DNA of 57,649 bases, the filler included, from Squatina squatina (lineage: Eukaryota): the NCBI GenBank assembly GCA_031763465.1. It is 3 parts of 3 records of this genome, joined end to end, with 100 filler letters (N's around TTAATTAATTAA, not from the genome) between each part and the next. Parts side by side here need not be neighbours in the genome. Positions count along the whole stretch, not along the records: positions 1 to 20,402 come from JARFOE010000019.1; 2 more parts are not named here. One strand, given 5' to 3'. A model generated the notes under the pieces. The model ran no database searches and was not told where the DNA came from. It saw nothing but the letters and a program-made list of their open reading frames with translations. Below, piece after piece: positions 1 through 11,335 of the stretch; within the stretch, counting starts at the first letter, position 1; each line of letters opens with the position of its first letter. Made by a program: the position numbers and the translations under genes.

Positions 1-869
1 ATCAGCGGAGGCCCAGCACCAGGCCTCACGTCTCGGCAGCTGTCACAGACACAGTTTGTGATTGCTCGCCTGAAGAGTATTATTTCCATCCTGCTATTAG
101 AAAAACTGTCTCTCTGGTACGAGCACTGCAAGGAAATAAAGAGCAGCTTTGGCTTGGAGTTAGCAGTAGGCTGCCAGCCCATCTGGCTGCATTTTATCCG
201 CAAATTGTCTTGTTATAAATTGTCTGTCTGTAACTATTTAAATGCAATTCGAAGCAAGGATTTATTGTACAAAAATTGAAATAGTTCTGAGAAAAAAACT
301 TTCAAAACCCTGGAGAATGAAGACGTTGAATTGGGAAAAACCACTCAATTGAGGGTTTCCTATGTTTACAAATTCAATTCAGCATCTTGATAATTCATAA
401 ATTATCAGCGTTGAGTTTTCATTTCCTGAGTTTCTGAGCAGTGTAGTAGTTAAGATGATTGCCTCACAGGGCTCTGGCTGTTGGTTCAGGTCACAGCAAT
501 GGCTGATGTCCAGGAGCACTGAGCTGCACCAACAATGGATCCCTTCGTTCTCAAAATTCACCAGGGAAAATGGAGTTGCCCCACATGACACCACACTGCA
601 GGAGTCAAATATATTTGTAATGATCTTCAAAATATTTGACCCCACCCCCCACTCCCAGCGCCCCCACAATAATGCGTTGAGCAAGAAAAAACATTTGGTG
701 CATTCCTTCTAATTCCAGTCAGCCCCCTCTCTCTTTGCTCCACTTTCGACCATAGGTTCTTCAGCTATTGCAGTCCCATACCCTGGAGCATTCTACCAAG
801 CCCCTTCCCTTATGTTATTTTTCTCCCCTCCAACAAAAGCCTCCTCAAAACCTACCATTTCAATCTTGC

Positions 870-1018
870 TTACATAAGAACGTAAGAAATAGGAGCAGGA
901 GTAGGCCATTCGGCCCCTGATCTGATTCTGACCTTAACTCCACTTTTCTGTTCCCCATAACCCTGGACTCCCCTGTTGCTCAAAAATCTGCCTATCTCTT
1001 GTTTTTGTCCACCTCCCC
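870..1018 (-). mobile_element. CR1-type LINE 3' end fragment
   Basis: CATAAGAACGTAAGAAATAGGAGCAGGAGTAGGCCATTCGGCCC is the reverse complement of the CR1 3' tail seen on the + strand at 50810-50858; truncated by a gap. Confidence 0.75.
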
Positions 1019-2029
1019 NNNNNNNNNNNNNNNNNNNNNNNNNNNNNNNNNNNNNNNNNNNNNNNNNNNNNNNNNNNNNNNNNNNNNNNNNNNNNNNNNN
1101 NNNNNNNNNNNNNNNNNNTGCTGTGGCCCGTGTAATATAGCGAAGCTTAAAGCCTCTCAGCATTCCTTTCAACATACATTAGCTTTGCCACAAAGTTAAT
1201 GGTTTGAGAAAAGATCTATGAAAGCCTGGTGAAATAAATATGGCAGCTTTAATCAAGAGAGTTAATTATAAGCCATTGACATGTCTGCTGCTTAATTGCT
1301 TTTTGAAGGTACAAATTAAAATAAAATCGACAGGAACAGTTCCAATTTTTGTTTGAGAGTAAAAATAGCTGCTGAAATTAAGCCAAGCCATGTAATATTG
1401 TGACCTCTGATAGCAAGCATTACTTCTATAGTACTGTAGGCTTGTCCTTGAGAAGTCAGATAGAAACCATGGCGTGCGAGATGTGTGAATGGTGACTCTG
1501 TTCATGCTTTAAGACGAGAAAGGGCTGTTATCATACAGAAGTGTTCACCCATGTAAGCGTGTTAGTGCCTCTGTTAAAATAGCAGAGGGAGAAATTTGAT
1601 ACAAGTGTATTAAGCATCCGTGTGACAGCGCACCCAACAGTAATTTCTGCCCTTTAGTCTGAAAACTTAAACAAGGTTGCNNNNNNNNNNNNNNNNNNNN
1701 NNNNNNNNNNNNNNNNNNNNNNNNNNNNNNNNNNNNNNNNNNNNNNNNNNNNNNNNNNNNNNNNNNNNNNNNNNNNNNNNATCCCATTGGTTCTCTCTGT
1801 GAAATGCTGTTCTCCTGTCTGGAGGAAAAGTTGACCCAAGATGTGGGGAACCCCATTAAACAGCATTCTCACTATTCGATGACTAACTAAATCTTCTTGG
1901 ATCAGGCACTGCCATCACTGCCTCTCATAGACACTAAAGTCATCTAAAGGATGGACCGATGTGAAAGTATTCTTCTTCATGTTTTTACATTCTGAGCTGG
2001 TGGGCACAGACAAACCGTTAGTTTCATTT

Positions 2030-2180
2030 GTTCACTGGATGTGACCAGCACGAGCAAGACTGCTTCATTACCCATCTTCAGTTGCCCTGCGGAGGTGGCA
2101 ATGGACTTTTCTCCTTGAAGCTCTGCAGGCCTTGCAGGGATGGCACTTCCACGATGATGTTAGGAAGGAGATTCCAGGGG
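2030..2180 (-). mobile_element. Degenerate non-LTR LINE 3' end (same family as 43745 and 48005 copies)
   Basis: GGATGTGACCAGCACGAGCAAGACTGCTTCATTACCCATCTTCAGTTGCCCT aligns by eye to GGATGTGGACGTCGCTGGCCAGGCCAGCATTTATTGCCCATCCCTAATTGCCCT at 48018. Confidence 0.55.
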
Positions 2181-2379
2181 GATCCTTTCGTCTTTAGATG
2201 CTAGTGTAAAACATGCGATAGTGGCTCAGCCATCCATTAATCATCCCTGCTGAGTTGGGGCGAGGTGTGTAATGTGTGGCCAGGCCGCTATCGTCCATTT
2301 TACACTATTGTCCAAAGTCAAATTTACCCCCCAAGGGTTCAACCCGGCCAAAGTGCAAAAAGTGGCAGAGGGTACGCCT

Positions 2380-2506
2380 GTACAAAAGCAGAACACTACA
2401 GAGGCTGGGAATCTGAAATAAAAGCAGAAAATGCTGGAATCACTCAGCATCTGGCAACATCTGACCTGCTGAGTATTTCCAGCATTTTCTGTTTTCATAT
2501 TATGTT
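2380..2506. mobile_element. Short fold-back insertion made of Penelope-type terminal repeat sequence, with a candidate 13-bp target-site duplication
   Basis: Arms CAGAAAATGCTGGAATCACTCAGCA (~2425-2449) and TGCTGAGTATTTCCAGCATTTTCTG (~2467-2491) are inverted. Flanking direct repeats AGAGGGTACGCCT (2367-2379) and AGAGGGTACACCT (2507-2519). Confidence 0.6.
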
Positions 2507-3781
2507 AGAGGGTACACCTCTCTCATAGATCAATAACTATTTTAACCTTTGGCATTTTGTCGTAATATGTTTGTCTATCTGATCCTGTGGTGATTGTCAG
2601 TCTCTTTTTTCACTTCCTCACCTTGTTCTCCACATTTCATTCCAACAATCACCTTTTAAAATCCCAGTAAAAATGTCACTAAATTGATATTTCCTTACTC
2701 ATCTCAGCTTTGCTTTGATTCATTTCAAGTTTGGCATGACCTGCTTTGTGGGCCTTGACCCATCCCTTTGGGTTTCAATATTTTTTATATATAAAAGTTA
2801 TGGTCTAGCTACTTGGGATGGGACTGCCCCTCCCCAGAACGATTGCCCTTCTCCCACCTTCAGATGACCCAGGAGAGACAGGCAGCCCTTTCCCTCGAGG
2901 GGATAGGCCTCATCCGACCATCAGCGCAGGTTAGAATTTGAACTCTGGGGTCTCCCTGCTGACAGTCTTGCATTATAGCTACAGGGGCCTTCTATACCTG
3001 CTCCATAATGCCGCACTATTCCACAAACGTTACATTTTGATGAGCCTGATGAAGCCTAATCATTTTTTGTGCGTTTAAAAAACAATTACATCAGCTCCAA
3101 GTCAACATAACAAACTGTATCTGTTCATTAACTTGCTTTACAATGAACTGTTTCCATTAGCAGTTAACAGCAGGGTTGGCCCTCTTTGTACAGGACAAGA
3201 TATCTTGGTGGCAGACTTGCACAAAGATAACTACAATTATTGTCTCTCAGTAGAAGCGCCACTGGGACTAGAATCTGTATCATGAGTCTTGATTGTGCCT
3301 GCCTGGTATCTAAAGTATATATCTCTTACCCATTGTTTACTGCAGAATTACCTTGAACCTCCAGAGCGCCCAGCTGTCATTCTGAATTGCCTACACGGCA
3401 GATACTGTCTGGGTCACAGAGTCACCTGGCACCAGGGGTAATGAGCACCTTTGTTGGAGGTTGCTGCTATTTATCATCGTAAATAATGGTGCTGAAACAT
3501 ACACTGTTTGATGACAGCCTCATCAGCTGACAGCAATTTAGTCTAATTTGTGTTGGGCCACTCTTTACAGTCAGGGCTGGTAACTGAGACAGAGGCTGCA
3601 ATGACACAGCAGACAGTCGATGACAGCCATCAGGTGACTACTGTATGGGGCTTGTTATACTCCGCCCTACTGGAACAGCGGNNNNNNNNNNNNNNNNNNN
3701 NNNNNNNNNNNNNNNNNNNNNNNNNNNNNNNNNNNNNNNNNNNNNNNNNNNNNNNNNNNNNNNNNNNNNNNNNNNNNNNNN

Positions 3782-3864
3782 TGGCAACACTCAACAGTTC
3801 AGGCAGCATCCACAGAGAGAGAAAAACAGAGTGAACGTTTCAAGTCCATGACCTTTCCTCAAAT
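3782..3864 (-). mobile_element. Penelope-type terminal repeat fragment carrying a degenerate hammerhead-ribozyme core
   Basis: Minus strand reads TTGAGGA-AAGGTC-ATG-GACTT-GAAAC-GTTCACTCTG...GATGCTGCCTGAACTGTTGAGT. Same repeat family as 2380-2506. Confidence 0.5.
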
Positions 3865-6800
3865 ATGGCCACTTGGACAAGGTAGCTGAGGGAGATCTGA
3901 TGCCCATAAAACCAAAGCAGAGTAGTTCAATGCCTATAGGAGAGGAGAGAAAAATATTACGAAACAAACTGCCTGTAGAATTGTTTTCAATTCATTCAGC
4001 CCTCCTTCCTAGTTCTGTGATATGCTTTGTATGGGCCCAGGGAAGGCTGGGGAATGAATCAAGCTGAATTTGCACTGTGTCACACAATTCATACTGCAGT
4101 GATATTTAGTTCTGTTTCAAGGACTGTTATAAAGAGCAGACTCTGTATGTATTATATTTTTAAATTAGCAAAGGTCCAATTCACATTCTTCCATGATAAG
4201 GCAAGCAAACAAACCCTATACTTAAAATTCTTTGAGGTTAGCAACTCAATGCTGCACTCCAGGACAAATAAGGCAGACATTTTTCTAATGTAAAGTACAA
4301 CTTCATTTGTGGCTGCGTTTCCTGTCAGTCGAGCTATGCGTGCTGTCAGGACTCAGTGGATACAACATATGGAGGAGGCTCCTGATCCACCCAAGCTCCC
4401 CAGCGCCTTCCATGTGAAATGAAAGGCTCTAGCAATGATATACTGCTGTGCCCCTGCTGCCCTTTCTTAATGCTGGGTTAAGAGTACTTTCTGAAGTCAT
4501 CTTTAACATCCAATTAAATAGATTCATTGTGCGTGTTACTAAATTGTGCAGATTATAATTTTAAGATTAGTAGAAAAGACCACTTNNNNNNNNNNNNNNN
4601 NNNNNNNNNNNNNNNNNNNNNNNNNNNNNNNNNNNNNNNNNNNNNNNNNNNNNNNNNNNNNNNNNNNNNNNNNNNNNNNNNNNNNGTACTTTTTTTGTAC
4701 TTAAAGCCGCCAACTTTCCATTGAAAGGCCTTTCATTTTAAGTAGCTCGAATTTATTAATCTCTTCTCCCTTGAGAAACTGAAGTATCAGGGGATGTAAA
4801 ATTCCACTTAGGAGCTGCACTAGGCTACCCATTCTTTAAAGAATTAACAAAACGGTTTGGATATTAAGCTGGTATTTATGCCCATGGTAACTTGCTTTAT
4901 AATTTAGGGTCCAAAATGCAAAATGATTCCAGCAAGAAATATTTTGGGACTGATTCAACTCAAGCACAGCTGGGAAGCTTTTTCTTGGCATGGGTCTGAA
5001 TGCGATTACTGGAGACTGGTCGGAACATGGTGAAGGTTTCCCTGGCAAGCTGGTCTGAAATTGGCATTCGAACCTCACCGGGTGCCTTATTTACATAGAA
5101 CACCCACTTTTTGTGAGTCAAGGCAGCTCTCTTGAGCAGCGTATTAATCCCCTTCAGTGTGGCTTAAGGTTAATTTCTTTTTCTCAGGTAAGACGCTCGT
5201 TGCAATAGCAAAACTGTACATTTGGTTAAAGGTAGGTCGTATCAGTCTAAATTGTTAAGCGTTAAACAAAAATCAGTTCTTGAAAAGAAAAAAAAAATGC
5301 CATTTTCTCATTCTTTCCAAAATTAAATAAAAAGTTCTTCAGCTTCAACAGTCGGGGATCTGTTTTCAGTAAGAAAGAACTGTCTTGTTGCAGAAAATCT
5401 TGTTGTCACCATTCTTACAAGGGGATTGGCTGCGTTGAGTCCAATGGACCAGACTAATTACAGGGTAAAGACTCTGAATAGCTTTCCATGAACCTTGTCC
5501 AAGTCTATTGTATAGTTAAGTAGAAATCTCTAAGCACTTAAGAGTCTCCTTATGGTTATGGAGAAAATGGATAGGAGCTACATGACACTCGGGAATATAA
5601 ACATGAAGCTTTTTTCACTGTGGGCAAGAAACAAAAATAAATGGACGCGGAGAATAAAGAACGCGCCCAATCATTTGAATTTATGTGGTATTATTTACAA
5701 AGTGTGTTTCTCATATTATTTTACCCAAGGGCTCCCGAGGGGAAACTGGCATGGGAACGCACGTCAGATCACTGCCCACAGCCAGGGGCAGTAAGCTGTA
5801 AAATTCCTCTTGATCAAACGGCACTTTAATCATTCAGCTAAAATGTAATTAAAACAATATAAAACATTCTTTCAAATAAAGATTTGAGGATGGGAGTCTG
5901 TTTGGATATCTATAGTACACAATTACGTTGGTTGGGGGGTGCGGGGGGGNNNNNNNNNNNNNNNNNNNNNNNNNNNNNNNNNNNNNNNNNNNNNNNNNNN
6001 NNNNNNNNNNNNNNNNNNNNNNNNNNNNNNNNNNNNNNNNNNNNNNNNNCCTGACCGCCCAAAGAGGATTGAAACAATCCAGAAATCCAGATTGAGTCCG
6101 GGTCAATGCTTTAATTCCTGGTGCCGATCTCGTTCTGGTGCAGTTAAAGTGAGCACTGCGTGAAGCCACCGTCAGCACCACACAGCCCTGCCGCAGTGGA
6201 TGCTAAAGCTGTTGCGAATAAAGTTAAGAGGCACAGGATGAAAAGGAGTCGAAATGGAGCAGCCTGGCGCTATTATCTCCGCTCGGTATGGGAGCTGCCG
6301 TTTCCGAGGTGCTGGCAGTGCTCGCTGAAGGGGTGGTGGTGTTACCATCACAGCCTGAGGACAGAGCAAATTATTTGGTACTCTCAGGCTTCAAAGAGAG
6401 CAATTATACTTAAGCAAAGCAATGACCTAATATTACAGCCTGCCAGAGGCTTTGAAGACAGTAAAGCTCTTTTTTTTGCTGAACACCACACCTTTGACTA
6501 ACATATCCTAGCACGTATAATAATTGAACACTGCCCTGCCCTGAACCAGAGAAACTCACGCCGACCATCAGCCCCTCATAATAGAGCCCAGTGCAGAATG
6601 GCTCCACTCAGTATGATCTGCATATTTAGTGAGAGCAGTCATTGTTGGAGGGACTTTGAACGGTGGCAGAAAACAAAGTCAGACTCGTTGTGAAGTCCTG
6701 AAAGAGTCTTTGATTGGAAATTGCTTTGGCAGGAGGGTTCACCTGCCGAGAGGGTTCTAAAGCCTTTCAGGACCAAGCAGCTGCCAGGGCTGTAAGTCTG

Positions 6801-6902
6801 GGCACCTAGAGGGATGAAGAATAGGAGATGAGGAGCTGTTGAATATGGGGCCACTTAGTAACAGAAGGCATGTGCCAAGCTTGCGAGAGGGAGGTTGGGC
6901 GG

Positions 6903-6958
6903 GGTGGTGTTGGTGCTGGGGTTGGTGCTGGTGTTGTTGTTGGCGCTGGTGTTGGTCT
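6903..6958 (+). repeat. Imperfect (GGTGYT)n hexamer simple repeat
   Basis: GGTGGTGTTGGTGCTGGGGTTGGTGCTGGTGTTGTTGTTGGCGCTGGTGTTGG running into a gap. Confidence 0.7.
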
Positions 6959-8476
6959 TNNNNNNNNNNNNNNNNNNNNNNNNNNNNNNNNNNNNNNNNN
7001 NNNNNNNNNNNNNNNNNNNNNNNNNNNNNNNNNNNNNNNNNNNNNNNNNNNNNNNNNNNAGTTTACTAAATATTTGCAGGAGAATCAGGTTTTAATTTGA
7101 ATTGCGGGGTATTTTTTGTTAGGATTGGGTTTTAGTGTAATTGTTAATTGTTGAATGTTTAACCAAAATATGAATATTTGCAGGCGACTCCTCTCTCTCC
7201 CATTGCGCATGACAATGATTAACAGAGCTGCATGACTGTAGAATATGCGAGCAGTTTGTAAATCACAGGATGAGGTGCACAGGCTGCAGCGAAACATAGA
7301 AAATGCTGCAGGAAAGAAGGTGGCTTCGTCTCAAGCCCCGGTCATGTGTTGCAGAAGTAGCTGCAGTGTATCAAATCATCTTGCCTGGAAGAGTGTAACA
7401 GTGCAATCCTTTATATTCGCTTCGCACTCCGTGTTCAGTGTATTTTTAGCCCAGTTGCCCAGTCAGGAAAAAAAAATGGGGCCAGCTCCTATTGAAATGG
7501 ACTGGCTTTTGATCCTTCATAATTTGCTCAGTGCGCCTGCGGGAGGATGTGCCTGAACACAGGCCCTGCACAGTGAACACAAAGGCACATCAATTTAAGT
7601 ATCTCGCAGCAGCTAATTCATGATGCCCTCAAAGCAACTTTCACAGCCAGGAAAGTGCAATTGTATTTTCCAGCTCATTTAGCAGGGCTGCAACAAAGCA
7701 AACCGCTCCCCCCCCCCAAAAAAAAATCTCAGCTGAAACAGACTCTCGCAGAATTAAATAAACGGAGTGGAGATCTCGGATGTCTTCTCCTCTCACGGAA
7801 ATCTGGCTGCTACTGAACCATGTATATTCCTCAAATCCCACTTCTTTTGAGGGCTGAGCGGCTCATTGTCAAAAGAAAATTTAATGCTTGTTTATTCAGG
7901 ATCCTTTTAACATTCCTCCCACTTATTGTTCCCGCGGATGGGAAGAATTCTAAACTGTAATCTGGGCACAATTGGGCCCACTTATTTGTTCTGACCTTTC
8001 TCTCTGCTAATCAAAGTCAACCCGTAATCACATAAACATCTGTCACAGTGGTAAAGGAAAAAGGGTTTTATGACCCTTTTTTGAGACTCCTACAGTGTAA
8101 TTATAACATTAAATGGTAGGAATAACTCTGTTGAAGGCTTTTATTTAAACAGAGGTCATAAAGCTACTGTGAAATGGCTACCATCGACAAGAGCAACCGA
8201 ACTGGATTACAATGTGCTGCACGAAAGCTAGAGATACAACAAAACTCTTGTTGAAATTGAGCTGAGGTTAGTTTCGCACTGTCAGTTGCTAGTTTACATT
8301 AATACAACACCAGTCAATCGAGGAAAAAAAGGATTTTTCTCGATAAAACAAACCTCGACACACTGGCATTGCTTCANNNNNNNNNNNNNNNNNNNNNNNN
8401 NNNNNNNNNNNNNNNNNNNNNNNNNNNNNNNNNNNNNNNNNNNNNNNNNNNNNNNNNNNNNNNNNNNNNNNNNNNN

Positions 8477-8969
8477 TTTCATTGTTGGAGCACCTTGTAA
8501 CGCTGCTTCTGTTGGATCTTCAACAGAATCCGGTAAGTCAAGCGCCGCCAGCCACAAGAGGTCAAATGTCTCCCCCAGGGGTCCAAGAAGCCCCAAGAAG
8601 AAGCGCTCACGAGCGGCGTTCTCGCATGCCCAGGTGCTGGAGCTGGAGCGGCGGTTCGACGGCCAGAGGTATCTGTCGGCCACGGAGAGGGCCAACCTGG
8701 CCGGGGCCCTGAAGCTCACCGAGACCCAGGTCAAGATCTGGTTTCAGAACCGAAGGGCGAAGGCAAAAAGACTGCAGGAAGCCGAATTGGAGAAACTCAA
8801 ACTGGCCGCCAAACCCTTGCTTCCCTCCTTCGGGTTGCCGTTTCCCATCGGCTCCCACCTCACCTCCCCATCTTTATATGGACCGTCCAACGCCTTCCAG
8901 CGCCCTGGTCTGCCCGTCCCTGGACTTTTCACAACTCCAGTCACATATGGAATGTATTATTTATCGTAA
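8477..8969 (+). CDS. NK-class homeobox exon, chimeric: NKX3-type homeodomain N-terminal arm and helices 1-2, MSX-type end of helix 3 and C-terminal tail; 5' end lost in a gap
   Basis: Open frame with homeodomain at 8598-8777. [46 protein letters not shown] matches NKX3-2/NKX3-3. [24 protein letters not shown]...YGMYYLS* matches MSX. Stop TAA at 8967-8969. Confidence 0.85.
8715..8969 (+). CDS. MSX3: MSX3-type C-terminal coding region (exon 2, 3' part)
   Basis: [14 protein letters not shown] and terminal YGMYYLS resemble Msx3 rather than MSX1/2 (KLKMAAKPML...MYHL). It lies upstream of TUBGCP2 on the same strand, as I recall for mouse Msx3. Confidence 0.75.
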   Translation, partial: LTETQVKIWFQNRRAKAKRLQEAELEKLKLAAKPLLPSFGLPFPIGSHLTSPSLYGPSNAFQRPGLPVPGLFTTPVTYGMYYLS

Positions 8970-9500
8970 ATTGTAACTGTTCCCCTGCCTTGAGAGAGAC
9001 ACAATCCTCCCCTCCCCCCATCCCCTTTTTCCCTCCCCCTTCCCCCTTTATTTCTCTCCCTCTGATATTGAAGTCAGCTAGCCAAATACTACAGCACCGT
9101 GTTCTGGCTACGAACTTGCTTTTTAAAAATTCAGATAGCCCTGTAGTGGTCGGCGCTAGCCGGCTTAACCCTCGCAAATATTTGTCCAAGTTATTCCATC
9201 AAAACTGGGTCAACTGCTGAGGTTATTTGTTATCCTATTCAGTTGTTGTTTCTCGGTATTATTAGACCCACAAGTGCAATTCAAGTTCATCAAAAAAAAT
9301 ACAGAATAATTTATATAGAAAGATAATTATTCTAAATCTGTGCCGTTCAACTTGATTTTTCTTTTTTTTAAAAAAAACTTTCTAAATTCAACAGCAAAAA
9401 NNNNNNNNNNNNNNNNNNNNNNNNNNNNNNNNNNNNNNNNNNNNNNNNNNNNNNNNNNNNNNNNNNNNNNNNNNNNNNNNNNNNNNNNNNNNNNNNNNNN

Positions 9501-9605
9501 AAATATATAAATTTTATATAAAATTTTCATGTTAGTATATGTTTTATATAAAAATACATATATAATTATATATTATAAACAATATTAATATATAAATATA
9601 TACAT
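9501..9605. repeat. AT-rich low-complexity tract
   Basis: Almost entirely A/T with TATA/ATATAA units next to a gap. Confidence 0.7.
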
Positions 9606-10564
9606 TTTCACTTAACAAAGGTCCTGTTATCTAGCAAATGGGGAAAAAACCACACCAAGTGTCAGTCTCTCACCTTTTTTTGTATGTCTACCAAAGGTGA
9701 TTCTTATCACCACCCTAACTAGGAGCTTGTTTTGTATTATTAGTTAGCATTCAATGAATTCACCACTATACACATATATGTGTTCTTGGGTCTGTATGGA
9801 GTTCAGACAGCTCGGTTCTCTAAATCATACATAAACACACATAGATTCAACAGACCAGTGAACAGCTCAAGAATTTTAGAGTTTCAGAGTCACTTGCCAT
9901 GTTCTGTTTTGCAGCCAGAATCTGGAAAAGTGAGTCGTGCCATTCCAGGATGTGAATATCTAGCAGATGACTGGACGGGAAAGAGCGCTTGCAGGAGGAG
10001 CAGACGTTGCGGTGGTATGTGTTATAATGATGTTCGTAGTTTTCTAGGGTATCGAACAGTTGACTGCAACCTGCTATATGACAACAGAATTCAGAAACCC
10101 TAGATTAAAAACAAATGATATACACAAGTTAGCACTTTAGGGGGAAAAAAAAAGAGGGGAAATTCAAATAGCTTTGATTCAATATAGTTAGAAAAGGGGC
10201 ATCCTTAAAAGCAAACATCTTTTCTTACTTGGGTCTTTCCACTTCTCCCACACTTGTTATGGCATTTCGCAGGTATAAATGTCTATGGATATCACCATCC
10301 TAAAACAAAATAAAAATAGTGAAACTAATTTCCGTAAACCATTAGCTTGCTAATTGCAGATTATTATAGTTACAAGTTAATCAATTACTTACAAACTTTT
10401 ATCCTTCATTGGTAAAAGCTTCTTGTGGTGGAGGCCGAGCAACAGTATATCTTACTGGCTAAATNNNNNNNNNNNNNNNNNNNNNNNNNNNNNNNNNNNN
10501 NNNNNNNNNNNNNNNNNNNNNNNNNNNNNNNNNNNNNNNNNNNNNNNNNNNNNNNNNNNNNNNN

Positions 10565-10880
10565 CAGTAATAGGCATTCCACTTGACCTACCACATGACA
10601 GGAAGAATGAGCAGTACAGAACAGGACAAGCTGTTGGAAGAGGGAGAAGGAGCAGGAAGGGAAGAAGGGCTCTCAGCAGGAGGCCATATCCACCCAGGGC
10701 GTTCAGGGAGCAATTCTCCTACCTGAACTTCAATGACGAACAATGTTTCAGACGTCTTTGCTTCACTAAGGAGATCGTCACTGAAATCTGCCAACTGCTG
10801 TTGCCACAACTTCACCCTCAGAGCAGGGTAAGAACTGCATTGCCAGTGGCTGTGAAGGTGACCATGGCTCTGAACTTTTC
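10565..10880 (+). pseudogene. Harbinger/PIF (HARBI1-like) transposase N-terminal fragment
   Basis: RRPYPPRAFREQFSYLNFNDEQCFRRLCFTKEIVTEICQLL.PQL...RTALPVAVKVTMALNF matches the HARBI1-type N-terminus (FRF/RLRF motif through 'KVT.ALNF'). Similarity stops before the DDE core. Confidence 0.8.
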
Positions 10881-10996
10881 TGTGTGCACCTCATGTCAAC
10901 TCTGCCATGTACCTGAACTGAAAAGGATTCCATTCCCCCAACACAGAGCTGGTGTGTGACCATAGGTAGCACATCATGCAGGTCAATGCCCGGTTG

Positions 10997-11335
10997 CTAG
11001 ATGAGTGATGGGGGTGTGGTGAATTGAGCAGTAGCTGAGGCTAGTGGTGCAGTTGGTGGGATATGGCATTTGAAGATGCCTTCACTGACCTTGACCACTC
11101 GTGTGAGGTTATTAAACTTCTTGCGGCACTGCATCCAGGTCCTTGGGGCTAAACTCATGGCATTGACCTCCGTGGCAACTGTTCCTACTGCCTTCTCATC
11201 ATGTGTTTGGGTGGCCTCCTCGCGCCCCACCCCCGGAGGAATCTGGACAGCTCTCCTCCTTTCCACCTGGTCTGCCAAGACCTCTAGTACAGCGTCTGAA
11301 AACCTGGGTGCCCGTTCTCTCCCATAGACAGCCAT
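10997..11335 (-). pseudogene. Harbinger Myb/SANT-like (trihelix) DNA-binding protein, first exon, degenerate
   Basis: RERAPRFSDAVLEVLAD.VERRR ... VATEVNAMSLAPRTWMQCRKKFNNL is a Myb_DNA-bind_5/MSANTD-type motif. Convergent with the transposase fragment. Confidence 0.8.

Noticed and set aside
6050-6501. ORFs PDRPKRIETIQKSRLSPGQCFNSWC... and the 113-aa ORF at 6160
   Set aside because: No recognisable family or splice support. The first could be a terminal exon, but I cannot support it.
8294-8944. Antisense ORFs over the homeobox
   Set aside because: Shadow frames of a GC3-rich coding exon.
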